From assembly GCA_003056285.1 (NCBI GenBank), contig NDWU01000006.1, positions 1,543 to 65,542 of the forward strand: DNA of 64,000 nt, written 5' to 3'. The DNA comes from Candidatus Terraquivivens tikiterensis (GTDB lineage Archaea > Thermoproteota > Nitrososphaeria_A > Caldarchaeales > Wolframiiraptoraceae). Under the pieces are notes generated by a model. That model was given only the letters and a program-made list of their open reading frames with translations, searched no databases and was not told the origin of the DNA. Shown here piece after piece: positions 28,514-38,558 of this stretch (the stretch's first letter is position 1; each line of letters opens with the position of its first letter). Made by a program: the position numbers and the translations under genes.

Positions 28514-30553
28514 ATGGTCTGGCTCTTGCCGGTATCGGCCTCCGTCGTATCGCTCTGTGCGGCCTTGGCCTTTACCGCTTGGGTGCTCAGGCAGAATCCG
28601 GGAAATGAGGCCATGCGGAACATATCGAGCGCTGTAAAGACTGGTGCGCTCGCATTCATTAAGCGGGAATACGTGACGATCCTTCCGATTGCTGTAGCGT
28701 TGGCCGTTGCAATAGGCCTTGCGGCTGGGTACACAAACGCTATAGCGTTCGTCGTTGGAGCAGCGCTCTCGGCAGTATCTGGGATCGTCGCTATACTAAC
28801 GACAGTGAGCGCAGCACCCAGGGCAGCGCAGGCGACCGAGAAAGGCCTTGGGTACGCGCTCTCCGTAGCCTACAGAGGGGGAGCAGTCGCGGGTCTGACG
28901 ATAACGGCGGCTGCCCTCATAGCCGTTACTTTGCTCTACGCGCTCTATCCGAGCCCGATAGCGATAGCCGGCGTCGGCGTAGGTGCTAGCCTGATAGCGC
29001 TCTTCATTAGAATCGGTGGCGGAATCTACACGAAGGCGGCGGACTTGGGCGCCGACTTGGTTGGAAAAATAGAGGCGGGCATACCCGAGGACGATCCCAG
29101 AAACCCGGCCGTGATAGCAGACAACGTAGGCGACAACATAGGAGACGCGGCCGGCATGGGAAGCGACATTTACGAATCCTACATTGTGACGATGCTAGCG
29201 GCTATGCTTTTGGGCTCGCTCATAGGCAAAGCAGAGTTTACAGCCTTTCCGCTTATGATAGGGGCTGTCGGCCTCTTGGCATCGTTGGTCGGGACCTTAA
29301 CGGTCACGCCGAGGAAGGTTGTTTCCCCTATGAGGCCACTAACGCTCTCCTTCGCTGTCGCTGCCCTAATAGCCGTCATCCTGAACTTCTTCGTCTCCAC
29401 GTTTACGTTCGGGTGGTCTAGCATGGCATACGCTCTATTCGCTTCGACGCTGCTTGGAGCGGTCATAGTCCCGACGATCCAGAAGATAACGGACTATTAC
29501 ACTAGCTACAACTACAAGCCAGTCCGCGACGTTGCCGACTCGACGAAGATAGGCCACTCGGCCAACATACTCACGGGAGTTGCCGTCGGCTTGAGGTCCA
29601 CGTTCCCTATGGCTCTGGTCATAGTCGTGTTCATGGCAGCGTCCTACTTTCTTACGTTCTATGTGACCGGTGAGTCACTCATGGGAATATACTCGACAGC
29701 CATAACGACCGCTGCCATGCTATCGCTAAGCGGCATAGTCCTGAGCATAGACAGCTTTGGCCCGATCAGCGACAACGCCGGCGGGATAGTCGAGATGAGC
29801 GGGCTTGGTGAGGAGAACAGGAGGGTTACGGATCAGCTTGATGCCGTCGGAAACACGACTAAGGCGACGACGAAGGGCTTCGCCATAGCCAGCGCAGCCC
29901 TTGCGGCCATAGCCCTCATACAAGCCTTCCAGCATGAGGCCTGGGTCCTCGCATCCAGTCCTGGAAACCCACTCTCAGGCAAAGATTTTGCTTACACTTT
30001 AACGAACCCGGCACTGATACTGGGCCTCCTCATAGGAGCGCTATTGCCGTTCTACGTCTCGAGCTACCTCATAAGGAGCGTTAGCGCTGTTGCATCCTCG
30101 TTAGTCGAAGAGGTCAGGAGACAGTTCAGGGAGATTAAGGGTATACTCGAGGGCATTGCCAAGCCAGACTACGCGAGGTGCATAGACATAGCGACGAAGG
30201 AATCGCTCAAGCAGCTGTTCATGCCGGCGTTCATAGTCATAGTGGCGCCCATACTAGTCGGTATTGTTTTGGGTCCAGTGGCCGTTGCAGGTCTCCTGAT
30301 GGGGTCTGTCTTATCCGGGCTTTACCTCGCGTACCAAATGGCCAACTCCGGCGCTGCTTGGGACAACGCCAAGAAGTACTTGGAGTTGATGGGTTTGAAG
30401 AAGACGCCCCAGCATGCCGTCGCCGTCGCTGGAGACCTGGTGGGCGACCCCTACAAGGATACTGCCGGCCCAGCTCTTAACACGGTGATAAAGCTGCTTA
30501 ACACTGTGTCCATAGTATTTGTCTCGGTATTCGTAGGTCTGCTCGCCTTTTGA
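28514..30553 (+). CDS. hppA: membrane-bound proton/cation-translocating pyrophosphatase
   Basis: AADLGADLVGKIEAGIPEDDPRNPAVIADNVGDNIGD, DNAGGIVEM, AWDNAKKY, GDPYKDTAGP. Confidence 0.95.
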   Translation: MVWLLPVSASVVSLCAALAFTAWVLRQNPGNEAMRNISSAVKTGALAFIKREYVTILPIAVALAVAIGLAAGYTNAIAFVVGAALSAVSGIVAILTTVSAAPRAAQATEKGLGYALSVAYRGGAVAGLTITAAALIAVTLLYALYPSPIAIAGVGVGASLIALFIRIGGGIYTKAADLGADLVGKIEAGIPEDDPRNPAVIADNVGDNIGDAAGMGSDIYESYIVTMLAAMLLGSLIGKAEFTAFPLMIGAVGLLASLVGTLTVTPRKVVSPMRPLTLSFAVAALIAVILNFFVSTFTFGWSSMAYALFASTLLGAVIVPTIQKITDYYTSYNYKPVRDVADSTKIGHSANILTGVAVGLRSTFPMALVIVVFMAASYFLTFYVTGESLMGIYSTAITTAAMLSLSGIVLSIDSFGPISDNAGGIVEMSGLGEENRRVTDQLDAVGNTTKATTKGFAIASAALAAIALIQAFQHEAWVLASSPGNPLSGKDFAYTLTNPALILGLLIGALLPFYVSSYLIRSVSAVASSLVEEVRRQFREIKGILEGIAKPDYARCIDIATKESLKQLFMPAFIVIVAPILVGIVLGPVAVAGLLMGSVLSGLYLAYQMANSGAAWDNAKKYLELMGLKKTPQHAVAVAGDLVGDPYKDTAGPALNTVIKLLNTVSIVFVSVFVGLLAF

Positions 30554-30554
30554 G

Positions 30555-31079
30555 CTAAACAGGGTAGCGCGAGAGGACGTCGCTGCAGAGCTTCCATACC
30601 TTGTCGCCTACGTAGTGTAGGTTTATTACGACCTTTCCCCTTTCCGCCCTCAGCATGTCCTCGGAACCTTTTAAGGCCTTACCGATCGCTATCGGCTTCC
30701 TGTACCTTTCGTCCCTAACGACCACCAACCCTCCCTCACAAAACTCGCCCTCGAGTGCAACTATACCCGGCCTCATAACATCCGCGCCGTTGGCGATATG
30801 CGGTACGGCTCCCATGTCAACGATCACGCTCGGCATACGATCCAGTATATGCCTGTTGGACACCTCGATTAGTACGGGTATAAGCATTCCGTTAACCTTT
30901 ACGAACGTCCCAAAGCCCTCCATAACGTAAACGATCAAGCTACCGTCCTTTACTTCTCTTATGACGTTTTTTTGACCTATGTCTAGTCTTAGGCTGCGGA
31001 GCTGTGAGCTAAAGCATGAGATGAACTCTTGCCTTTCCCTTTTGCTGAGCAACCTTACCTGCATCCTCAGACCATGCAT
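30555..31079 (-). CDS. PUA-domain RNA-binding protein (Tma20/MCT-1-like)
   Basis: ...VIVDMGAVPHIANGADVMRPGIV...VVVRDERYRKPIAIGKAL. Confidence 0.8.
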   Translation of the reverse strand: MHGLRMQVRLLSKRERQEFISCFSSQLRSLRLDIGQKNVIREVKDGSLIVYVMEGFGTFVKVNGMLIPVLIEVSNRHILDRMPSVIVDMGAVPHIANGADVMRPGIVALEGEFCEGGLVVVRDERYRKPIAIGKALKGSEDMLRAERGKVVINLHYVGDKVWKLCSDVLSRYPV

Positions 31080-31209
31080 CCCGAGTTAACTAAAACCTTT
31101 CTCCTCCCGGTGGGTCAAGGTATATAACTTCGGAGTTAGACGCAGATACAGAAAAGGCGGCCGACAAGCGTAAGCTCATAACCTTGAAGGCCGTATAATC
31201 GGTATCCGG

Positions 31210-32238
31210 TTGGGAGTAAACTTGTACGAGTTAGAACGTGTGACGGCCGAGCTGGAGAGGGTCGGGGCTAGGAGGGTCCTGGTCCAGGCACCCCAGGGCC
31301 TAAAGACGGTTGCTCTACAGCTGGCCGACGGGTTGCAACGCCTAGGCTTTGAGGTCATGCTGTCAGGGAGTCCGTGCTGGGGTGGTTGCGACCTGGCTTT
31401 AAATGAGGCGGTTGAGGTATCGGCGGATGCTATAGTGCACCTTGGCCATAAAGGCTTTGTTAAGCAGGATGTATTGCCAGTAATCTACGTTGAGTGTAGG
31501 TACGATTACGGCTTAAACGTTGAGCAGCTGATAGGCAGGGCGGCTCCTATCCTTAAGCCTGCGAGGAAAGTCGGCTTGGGCATTACGCTCCAGTGGTTAA
31601 ACTACTTGGAACGGATTAAGCTGGCGCTAGAGAGCTGCGGTTTTTCAGCCTTTTACGGCCAAAGCGAAGACGGAAGGCTTTACCCATCCCAAGTACTAGG
31701 ATGCGACTACGCAACAGCGAAGAGCGTCGAAAAAGAAGTTGAGAAGTTTCTTGTGGTTGGAAGCTTCTTTCATGGACTCGGCCTATCGATGATAACCGAT
31801 AGGCCCGTCGTTGTAATAGACCCTGAGACCATGCGCGTCGAGGATATTACCCAAAACGCAAAAAGGGTCCTCATGCAAAGGTATGCACAGATATGCGCGT
31901 TCAAGGGCTCGAGAAGGGTCGGCGTCATACTTTGCACAAAACCTGGGCAGAAAAGGGAGGGTTTAGCATCCTCCATCGTCTCAATGCTTAGGAATGCCGG
32001 GAAGGACGCTTACTTACTCGTCTTAAACGAGGTGGACGAAAGGCTCTTGCCGGATGATGTCTTCGATGCATACGTGAATACTGCGTGTCCGCGCATCAGT
32101 ATAGACGACCAGGCTAAGTTCAGGCGGCCAGTTCTGCTACCTGGAGAGCTTATGGTCGCCTTAGGCTTGTGCTCATGGGAGGAAATTGTCTCTGGGGGGA
32201 GGTACTTTGAGTGGTCCATACGAGATGGCCGAGGATAG
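31210..32238 (+). CDS. dph2: diphthamide synthesis protein Dph2
   Basis: RVLVQAPQGLK...SGSPCWGGCDL.., C-terminal ..NTACPRISIDD..; Dph2-Csl4-RpoL synteny. Confidence 0.9.
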   Translation: MGVNLYELERVTAELERVGARRVLVQAPQGLKTVALQLADGLQRLGFEVMLSGSPCWGGCDLALNEAVEVSADAIVHLGHKGFVKQDVLPVIYVECRYDYGLNVEQLIGRAAPILKPARKVGLGITLQWLNYLERIKLALESCGFSAFYGQSEDGRLYPSQVLGCDYATAKSVEKEVEKFLVVGSFFHGLGLSMITDRPVVVIDPETMRVEDITQNAKRVLMQRYAQICAFKGSRRVGVILCTKPGQKREGLASSIVSMLRNAGKDAYLLVLNEVDERLLPDDVFDAYVNTACPRISIDDQAKFRRPVLLPGELMVALGLCSWEEIVSGGRYFEWSIRDGRG

Positions 32239-32818
32239 ACGGCAAATAGTATTACCGGGTGAGAAGCTATGCGTCCTAGAGGAATTTTTATCAGGTAAAG
32301 GAACGAGCACCTCAGCTGATGGCACGGTATTTGCAACAGTCGTCGGCAAAGCCAAGTTCGATAGAAAGAAACGGGAAGTTCAAGTCGAAGCTATAAAGGA
32401 ACCCGATAGCATATCTATCGGGGATATTGTCCTGGGCGAGGTTAAGGAACTCCAGAGTAGATCCGCCGTAATTAAGATCATAGGTAAGAACGGCAAGCTC
32501 CTGAAGCATCAGCGTAGCGCTATCCTCCTGGCAAAACCAGGGATCAAAGACTATCTAGGGCAACATGTTAGCGTAGGTGATGTGATCATAGCTAAGGTAA
32601 CGAGCATCGTTTCAGGACTCATTAACGTTTCCATATGGGAGCAAGGCCTTGGCGTAATCCAGGCCATGTGCGATGGCTGTGGTTCTACAATGGTGTACAC
32701 AAAAAAAGATAAGTACAACGTTTACTGTCCAAAATGTGGAAAGCTCGACACAAGAAAAATACTTACCAATTATGGGAATGTAAAAATGTTATCCGAGTGG
32801 TTGGGGTTGACGGCATGA
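32225..32818 (+). CDS. csl4: exosome subunit Csl4
   Basis: LPGEKLCVLEEFLSGKGT.., S1 domain GDIVLGEVKEL.., C-terminal zinc ribbon CDGCG...CPKCG. Confidence 0.9.
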   Translation: MAEDRRQIVLPGEKLCVLEEFLSGKGTSTSADGTVFATVVGKAKFDRKKREVQVEAIKEPDSISIGDIVLGEVKELQSRSAVIKIIGKNGKLLKHQRSAILLAKPGIKDYLGQHVSVGDVIIAKVTSIVSGLINVSIWEQGLGVIQAMCDGCGSTMVYTKKDKYNVYCPKCGKLDTRKILTNYGNVKMLSEWLGLTA

Positions 32819-33090
32819 AGTTGGATGTTATCAAGGAAAGGGATGACTATATCGAAATCCTAGTTAAGGGTGAGGACCAGTCCATATTCGATGCTGTAAG
32901 CGAGGTTCTTCAGAAAATGCATGGCGTAGAATACGCGGGCCATAACCTGCTTCATCCGTTGACTGGTGAGGTAAGGCTCGTCGTTAAGACGAAGCCCCAA
33001 GGATTAAAAGCGAGGGATGCGCTGCTGAGGGCTCTAGAGGAGCTCGCCGATATGACCGAGAGGTTAAGGTCGCAAGTAGAGCGGCTTTAG
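32815..33090 (+). CDS. rpoL: DNA-directed RNA polymerase subunit L (Rpo11)
   Basis: MKLDVIKERDDYIEILVKGEDQSIFDAVSEVL...YAGHNLLHPL. Confidence 0.9.
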   Translation: MKLDVIKERDDYIEILVKGEDQSIFDAVSEVLQKMHGVEYAGHNLLHPLTGEVRLVVKTKPQGLKARDALLRALEELADMTERLRSQVERL

Positions 33091-33161
33091 ACCATCAGAA
33101 GAGTTATTAAACAGCATTTCGCACCCAATGGTGTCAAGTTGGTCATGCTTACGAAGGGTGG

Positions 33162-33491
33162 TTGAGGGTGGAATTCTGTCCTAACTGCGGAAAAGTTTTG
33201 ACACTCACAAAAAAGTCAGATACTATCGTACTCGTATGCAAAAAATGCGGTTTTGAGAAGAGCGTAGAGAAGGCCGTGGTCCAGGTAGCGCCTAAGAAAA
33301 AGTCGAAGGCTTTGAGAGTTGAGAAGGAAGTGCCCGAGGAGGAGGTGCTGCCAACGACCGATGCCTTGTGTCCGGAATGCGGAAACAATAAGGCCTACTG
33401 GTGGACCGTTCAAACTAGGTCCGCCGATGAGCCGATGACAACCTTCTTTAGATGCACGCGCTGCAGGTATACGTGGAGGGAATACGGTTAA
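33162..33491 (+). CDS. tfs: transcription factor S (TFS / RpoM)
   Basis: FCPNCG..CKKCG N-ribbon; CPECG...QTRSADEPMTTFFRC..C C-ribbon. Confidence 0.9.
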   Translation: MRVEFCPNCGKVLTLTKKSDTIVLVCKKCGFEKSVEKAVVQVAPKKKSKALRVEKEVPEEEVLPTTDALCPECGNNKAYWWTVQTRSADEPMTTFFRCTRCRYTWREYG

Positions 33492-34216
33492 ACTAATAGC
33501 AAGCACTTTTTCCTGCTACCAGGTGGCAGTAGGACTTTTTTCCAAAACTGCTCCCTTGCCACGATGCTGAAAAGTCCAGCTATCGACGCGCCTTTTTTCT
33601 GAAGCATGTGAATTATAGAGTTAACCAAAGAGTCCGCCATGAGGAAGGAAGATAACAAAAGTACGCTGTCCTTACTCGATATCGCCTCCTTAGGCAGCCA
33701 TAGCTTGAACTTCTCTACGAACCCCGGAACCTTGTACGTTAACGTTATGGCGTCCTCGTCATCCCAAAGCGGCCTCTCGCTTAGCAGCAATAGCCTTCTG
33801 TCGATCGTTGTTGCCAAAACTGCTGATACCGGGACGCTGTGAGCGTCCAGGGGCATGATGGCCGTCAACTTGCTACCTGAGAATTCGCTAACTATAAAGA
33901 AGTTGATTATCTTCATTAAACTTGGGTTCGTCACAACACCGTATATATCTACATCCTCTTGATCTATCAAAGCCTTTTCTTTGATCAATTCCGTCGCGTT
34001 TATGAGTGGCGCTACCTTCTCGATAAGCCTCTTTGCTTTCTGAGTTTGGGGCATGGTTTTGTTCTTTATGTAACGGTTAAGCGTCGACACAGGCAACCCG
34101 GTCATCTTGGAGAGTGTCTTATAATCGTACTTTTCTTTAAGCAACTTGAGCAAATCGAGGGCAACAGCCTCCATACCGTGCATGAGCGGTGTGCTTTTTA
34201 AAAATGCTTTAACCAT
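33488..34216 (-). CDS. HTH + phosphoribosyltransferase-like domain protein (PyrE-like/GfcR-like regulator)
   Basis: N-terminal YKTLSKMTGLPVSTLNRYIKN HTH. The C-terminal PRTase-like beta-alpha pattern has a degenerate PRPP loop (VLLLSSFLMADS). Confidence 0.6.
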   Translation of the reverse strand: MVKAFLKSTPLMHGMEAVALDLLKLLKEKYDYKTLSKMTGLPVSTLNRYIKNKTMPQTQKAKRLIEKVAPLINATELIKEKALIDQEDVDIYGVVTNPSLMKIINFFIVSEFSGSKLTAIMPLDAHSVPVSAVLATTIDRRLLLLSERPLWDDEDAITLTYKVPGFVEKFKLWLPKEAISSKDSVLLLSSFLMADSLVNSIIHMLQKKGASIAGLFSIVAREQFWKKVLLPPGSRKKCLLLV

Positions 34217-34362
34217 CTTTCAATTCAAACCCGTCCAGAGGCTAGGTGATAAAGCTTTCTCTTTGGCACCTTCGATGGTAAAAATTTTGTACGTATCGAG
34301 TATTAACAGTAGTTATCGGAGTTTTCTAAAAACTTTAAAGCAGAATTCAAAACATGTTAGGC

Positions 34363-34452
34363 GGGCCCGTAGCCTAGCAAGGACAGGGCGCTGTGCGGAG
34401 GCGCGCAAGCCTTCGGAGCCGGAGGTCGCGGGTTCGAGTCCCGCCGGGCCCG
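34363..34452 (+). tRNA. tRNA-Arg(UCG) with a 15-nt intron inside the anticodon stem (29/30)
   Basis: Acceptor GGGCCCG/CGGGCCC, D arm GCCU-AGCAAGGACA-GGGC, T arm GCGGG-UUCGAGU-CCCGC. The anticodon arm CUGGC-CUUCGGA-GCCGG forms only after removing 34394-34408, leaving 75 nt mature. Confidence 0.75.
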
Positions 34453-34717
34453 CTCCTAATTAAGTGCAAATCGCTATATAGAAGTGCACCTCTTAGGCTT
34501 GACATAAGTACTTCACCTCTCTCAAGCGAGGGCTGCACTTGTCTTAAGGAGTGTTTGGAGGAAAGGATTAGAAGCTATGAGGAGCTAAAGCCCCTTGATA
34601 GCCCATGAGCGAAAATAGGTTGCGGAAAAGCCACTCATAATGACGAAAAAGATAACCACTTTATAATGCAGTGCATGAGAAAAGCCGGAGTTTATAAAAT
34701 GCTGTATGTTCTTATAG

Positions 34718-35041
34718 CTTACGCTGAAACCAGCTGATCATCGCAGAATCGAAGGGAAAAAATTCACACCGTGCCTGCAGTTCATAGCTGGGCATAATGG
34801 GGATATAGAGGCAAGGTATTCGGCGAACAAGGGAGTTCTACCACCAGATATGATCAAGGACATAGGGAACACCTACAGGCAGTGCGAGCCCTTCTTAAGC
34901 ACTGTTGCCCAACCATTGGGGCAGGCGAGCATAATTAAGGAGGCTAAGATCGGGGTTTTGAAAAACATGGCGAAGAGCCTGCTTGGAATAGATTTGCTAG
35001 AGGTTAAGGTTGCCAGGAAAAAGAGCTTGGAAGAGAGCTGA
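34718..35041 (+). pseudogene. tyrosine recombinase C-terminal fragment
   Basis: The open frame ..KKFTPCLQFIAGHNGDIEARY...YRQCEPFLSTVAQPL...LLGIDLLEV parallels the C-terminus of the intact integrase at 57490-58776 (..AGHEAYMITYY...YLKVAPKLMVLTQPL...FGIDPARI). The N-terminal two thirds are missing. Confidence 0.65.
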
Positions 35042-35450
35042 GCAAGGATGAGGAAATCCAGCTTTTTGAAGATGCGTTAAAAAACTTAGGGAAGGAAAGC
35101 ACAATCCACAAAGGATAGTTCATAAAAGGGAGCTTGAGGATTACTTAGCTGGAGGATGATAGTTTGTTTCTGCTCTACTTTCACAAAGGAAGGGATAAAG
35201 AATGCCTGTCGGTGAGATGGCTTCAGTAATTGCAGCTTTATGTTTGCTTCCCGTTTCGCGTGTTATAAAGAGTAGATGCTTTCGAGTTAGCACACCAACC
35301 GTTATATTGCCTAAATTTAATTTTAAATACCTTCATCAGCTTCCCTTCTAGCCACGGAGCCGTAAACCACGGTGGATTTTTACTCCACTTTTTAGCTCCT
35401 TCAGCAAACTTTCCCTTAACCCGTTCAAGGTATTCTTATAACGTTTTAAC

Positions 35451-35827
35451 ATGCGTTATCCCTACCTAATATTCAATGAGAGTGACGTAGACATCTTGGT
35501 TGTTCTTGAGGATAATTCTCTTTACAAAAAAGTTTCAGACATTGCCTATAAAATCGACTTGAAGAATGGAACCGCAACATCGATATTTTGGGCAACCCCC
35601 AAAAAGAGCTTATTAAATACGCGAGAAACGGCTCATCGTTCCTCGAAAATGTAGCTGAAGAAGGTGTCGTTTTGTATGACGATGAACCTTTACCAGAGTT
35701 TGTGAGAGTATCGTTAAGAAGGGCAAATAAGGTACTGCTTGCTGCCAAATCTTTGCTTGAGAAGGATCTCTATAAGCGTGCCGAGAATCGGCGGGTTGAT
35801 TCTCTTAACATGGTTTTCAGGTTCTGA
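35451..35827 (+). pseudogene. frameshifted/truncated MNT nucleotidyltransferase - HEPN module
   Basis: ESDVDILVVLED (NTase) continues in another frame after the c5a5 run near 35595 (..ELIKYARNGSSFLENVAEEGVVLYD), then a HEPN-like start (LRRANKVLLAAKSLLEKDLYKRA) that is truncated. The GS motif is missing. Confidence 0.6.
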
Positions 35828-35924
35828 AAAACATGTAACCTAAAGCCCGCTCACCACAACCATCTCCATATCGCTTGCAGGTCTTAGATGAATTTTAAAT
35901 AGTAGTACCAATAAATGGTAGTAC

Positions 35925-36158
35925 ATGCGGCTGGTTAAGGTGACTAGGAAGCTTCAAATTACTATACCCAAGGACCTTGCAGATTCGGCTGGTATCAGCG
36001 TAGGGGATATCGTTGCAGTCGAGCTCCTCGAAGACGGTTCTATAACCGTAAGAAAACTCGATCTAATCGAAGAGCTCGCCGGAGCCTTAAATCCCGGGAG
36101 AAGGGTAACAGGTCTTGCAGAGGAGCTGGACCGGGAGCGGAAAGCCTCTGAGAGATAG
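35925..36158 (+). CDS. vapB: AbrB/SpoVT-type antitoxin (VapB-like)
   Basis: MRLVKVTRKLQITIPKDLADSAGISVGDIVAVELLEDG. Confidence 0.8.
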   Translation: MRLVKVTRKLQITIPKDLADSAGISVGDIVAVELLEDGSITVRKLDLIEELAGALNPGRRVTGLAEELDRERKASER

Positions 36159-36552
36159 TGCGCTGTACGATTCCAACGTCTTGATAGCTTATCTTTTTCG
36201 CGAAGAAGAGAGATTCCATAAGGCGAAGGGAGCCCTCGCTAAGCACTCTAACAGATATATGTCGATGATCTCAATACACGAAATAGAGTATTATTCTAGG
36301 AAAATAGGTGTCGAGACAAAGTTTATGGAGATAAAGCCAAAACTCTACAAATTGGTGAGGCCGTTACAAGTAGATCAAGAGGTATGCAGTTACGCCATCA
36401 GCCTAAGAGATCTGGAAAAACTCCCCGAAATGGATGCGCTGATAGCCGCAACGGCCATACGGTATGGCATAAACTATCTTTATACCTTCGATGAAGACTT
36501 TGCACGTCTACATAATAGAAGCGTACAAGGGACGGTGATGATCAAACTCTAG
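36115..36552 (+). CDS. vapC: PIN-domain toxin (VapC-like)
   Basis: ALYDSNVLIAYL.., ..ISIHEIEYY.., ..MDALIAATAIRYGINYLYTFDEDF. The start within the overlap is uncertain. Confidence 0.8.
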   Translation: MQRSWTGSGKPLRDSALYDSNVLIAYLFREEERFHKAKGALAKHSNRYMSMISIHEIEYYSRKIGVETKFMEIKPKLYKLVRPLQVDQEVCSYAISLRDLEKLPEMDALIAATAIRYGINYLYTFDEDFARLHNRSVQGTVMIKL

Positions 36553-36835
36553 TCACAGTCAAATTATGATGGAAAAGGTTCCACAGTCTCTTTCCAATTT
36601 ATCTGGCCTGACCTGTACACGATTTCCTTTTTCTTCTTGCACGTTTTGTAATTTTTAGATTTATTTGCGGGGTCGTGGTCGGCTTGGTATCCGTTTGTTC
36701 ATGTTTTTGAGCGGAATGACTCTTCCGTTTTGATGGCTGCCTACCAAGATGGATGGTAGCCTTTTAAGGAGTCTATGAAGCTCTGGGTACATAACCTCCG
36801 AGCTGTACAGCCGTCAACAAGGGCTAGGGGATTTA

Positions 36836-37615
36836 GTGGTATACGTCTTTATCGAAGAGGTCCGTCTTAAACGCTCTATCTTCGTAAGGGAGATTTTTGA
36901 TTGTATACCGCCTGGGATGCGTATTTTTGACGTAGCTGCCCTAACAGGGAAAAACCTTATCACAAATACTGAGCGGCATCGTTTCGTGGACCTAAAGGTC
37001 GTCGGCATAGACCTAGCCGGATCGGAAAATAGACCCACGGGCTTTTGTGTCATGACCGAGGACCTATTCGCCAAAACCTGCATAGTTTACAAGGACCATG
37101 AAATACTTGACCTCGTAAAAAGCACGATGCCAAGAGTGGTCGCCGTGGACGCGCCGCTCAGCCTGCCGCGCGGAAGGACGTCCCTCGAGGTGAGGGAGCC
37201 CTATCACCTTAGGGGCTGCGACCGTGAGCTCCTGAGGTTGGGAATAAAATTCTTCCCGATCACGCTAGGGCCCATGAGGAGGCTGACGGAAAGGGGCATG
37301 AGGCTTAAACCCAGCATCGAGCAACTCGGCGTCAAAGTCATCGAAGTTTATCCCGGGGGCGCCCAGGACGTTCTCCGGATACCGAGAAAGCGTGCGGGCC
37401 TTGATAAGCTGCTCCGGGGGCTAAGGAGGCTCGGCATCAAGGGTTTAAAGCACGGTATGAGCGGCGACGAGCTGGACGCGGTTACGTGCGCGCTTGTGGG
37501 CTACCTTTACTTGAGGGGGAGTTACGTAATCCTGGGCGATGAAGAGGAGGGGGTAATAGTGATGCCAAAACCGCTTAAAAAACGTGCCATAGCCGGAGGA
37601 AGTTCGAGTATTTAA
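36836..37615 (+). CDS. DUF429 family (RNase H-like fold) protein
   Basis: VVGIDLAGSENRPTGFCVM.., ..VAVDAPLSLP.., ..GDELDAVTCALVGYLY. The start is probably internal. Confidence 0.7.
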   Translation: MVYVFIEEVRLKRSIFVREIFDCIPPGMRIFDVAALTGKNLITNTERHRFVDLKVVGIDLAGSENRPTGFCVMTEDLFAKTCIVYKDHEILDLVKSTMPRVVAVDAPLSLPRGRTSLEVREPYHLRGCDRELLRLGIKFFPITLGPMRRLTERGMRLKPSIEQLGVKVIEVYPGGAQDVLRIPRKRAGLDKLLRGLRRLGIKGLKHGMSGDELDAVTCALVGYLYLRGSYVILGDEEEGVIVMPKPLKKRAIAGGSSSI

Positions 37616-37640
37616 ATCGGCATTTACACATTAGGTTGCC

Positions 37641-38558
37641 TTGGAAGCCCTATCCGCCGAGCGCTTGGTGAAGGTTTACGGAAACGGTTTCCATGCCTTG
37701 AAGGGGATAACGCTTAGCGTGAATTCTGGGACTGTCTTCAGTCTCCTCGGTAGGAACGGCGCAGGAAAGACTACATTCTTGAGGATAATGACGACGCAGC
37801 TCCTGCCGACGAGCGGTACCGGGGTGGTCCTAGGGTACGACGTCGTCAAGGAGGCAAAAGAGGTGAGGAAAAGGGTGGCCGTCGTTCCTCAAGAGTCCAA
37901 GCCCATATACCTCCTAACGGTAAGGGAGCACGTAAAGTACTACCTGATGATGAGGGGGTTCTCGATGGTTGAGGCCTCTGAGAAGGCCCGTAAGGTCATA
38001 GACGACCTCGGCCTAAACGACTACGTCGACACGCTTTGCATGAAGCTCTCTGGTGGGCTTAAAAGAAAAGTGCTCGTAGCGATGGCAGTCGCGACGGAAG
38101 CCGACGTGATATTCCTCGACGAGCCGACGACTGGCCTCGACCCGATCGCTAGGAGGCTTGTCTGGGACGTCATAAACAGGGTTGCGAGGTCCGGCAAGAC
38201 TGTCTTCTTAACAACACACAACATGGCAGAGGTCGAGGCCGTAGCGAACGAGTTCGCGCTGATCAATGATGGTAAGCTCGTAGCACAGGGTAGCGTGGAC
38301 GAAGTGCAGCGCATGCTTCCTTACAGGATGAGGGCCGAGGTTCAAGCTACGGCATCCAGCCCGGAGGAGCTGCTCGAGTTCGGCGAGGTCGTCCCAGTAG
38401 GCAGAAGGTTTATCGTTTACCCGAGGAGCGAGGAGGACTCCAGAAGGCTTTACGAATATTGCACGGCTAGGCACGTTAGGGTGTCCTTCTCACCGGTCGG
38501 TGTGGAAGATGTATTCATCAGGAAGGTGGTCGCCCGTGGAGCTGAGGAAAAGCATTAG
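37641..38558 (+). CDS. ABC transporter ATP-binding protein
   Basis: Walker A GRNGAGKTT, signature LSGGLKRK, Walker B IFLDEPTTGLD. Confidence 0.9.
   Translation: MEALSAERLVKVYGNGFHALKGITLSVNSGTVFSLLGRNGAGKTTFLRIMTTQLLPTSGTGVVLGYDVVKEAKEVRKRVAVVPQESKPIYLLTVREHVKYYLMMRGFSMVEASEKARKVIDDLGLNDYVDTLCMKLSGGLKRKVLVAMAVATEADVIFLDEPTTGLDPIARRLVWDVINRVARSGKTVFLTTHNMAEVEAVANEFALINDGKLVAQGSVDEVQRMLPYRMRAEVQATASSPEELLEFGEVVPVGRRFIVYPRSEEDSRRLYEYCTARHVRVSFSPVGVEDVFIRKVVARGAEEKH

Larger units (their letters stand above)
34453..36552 (+). mobile_element. decayed integrated element downstream of tRNA-Arg (right boundary uncertain)
   Basis: AT-richer, gene-poor DNA carrying an integrase C-terminal fragment, a broken MNT/HEPN module and a vapBC pair directly 3' of a tRNA gene. 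Confidence 0.55.
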
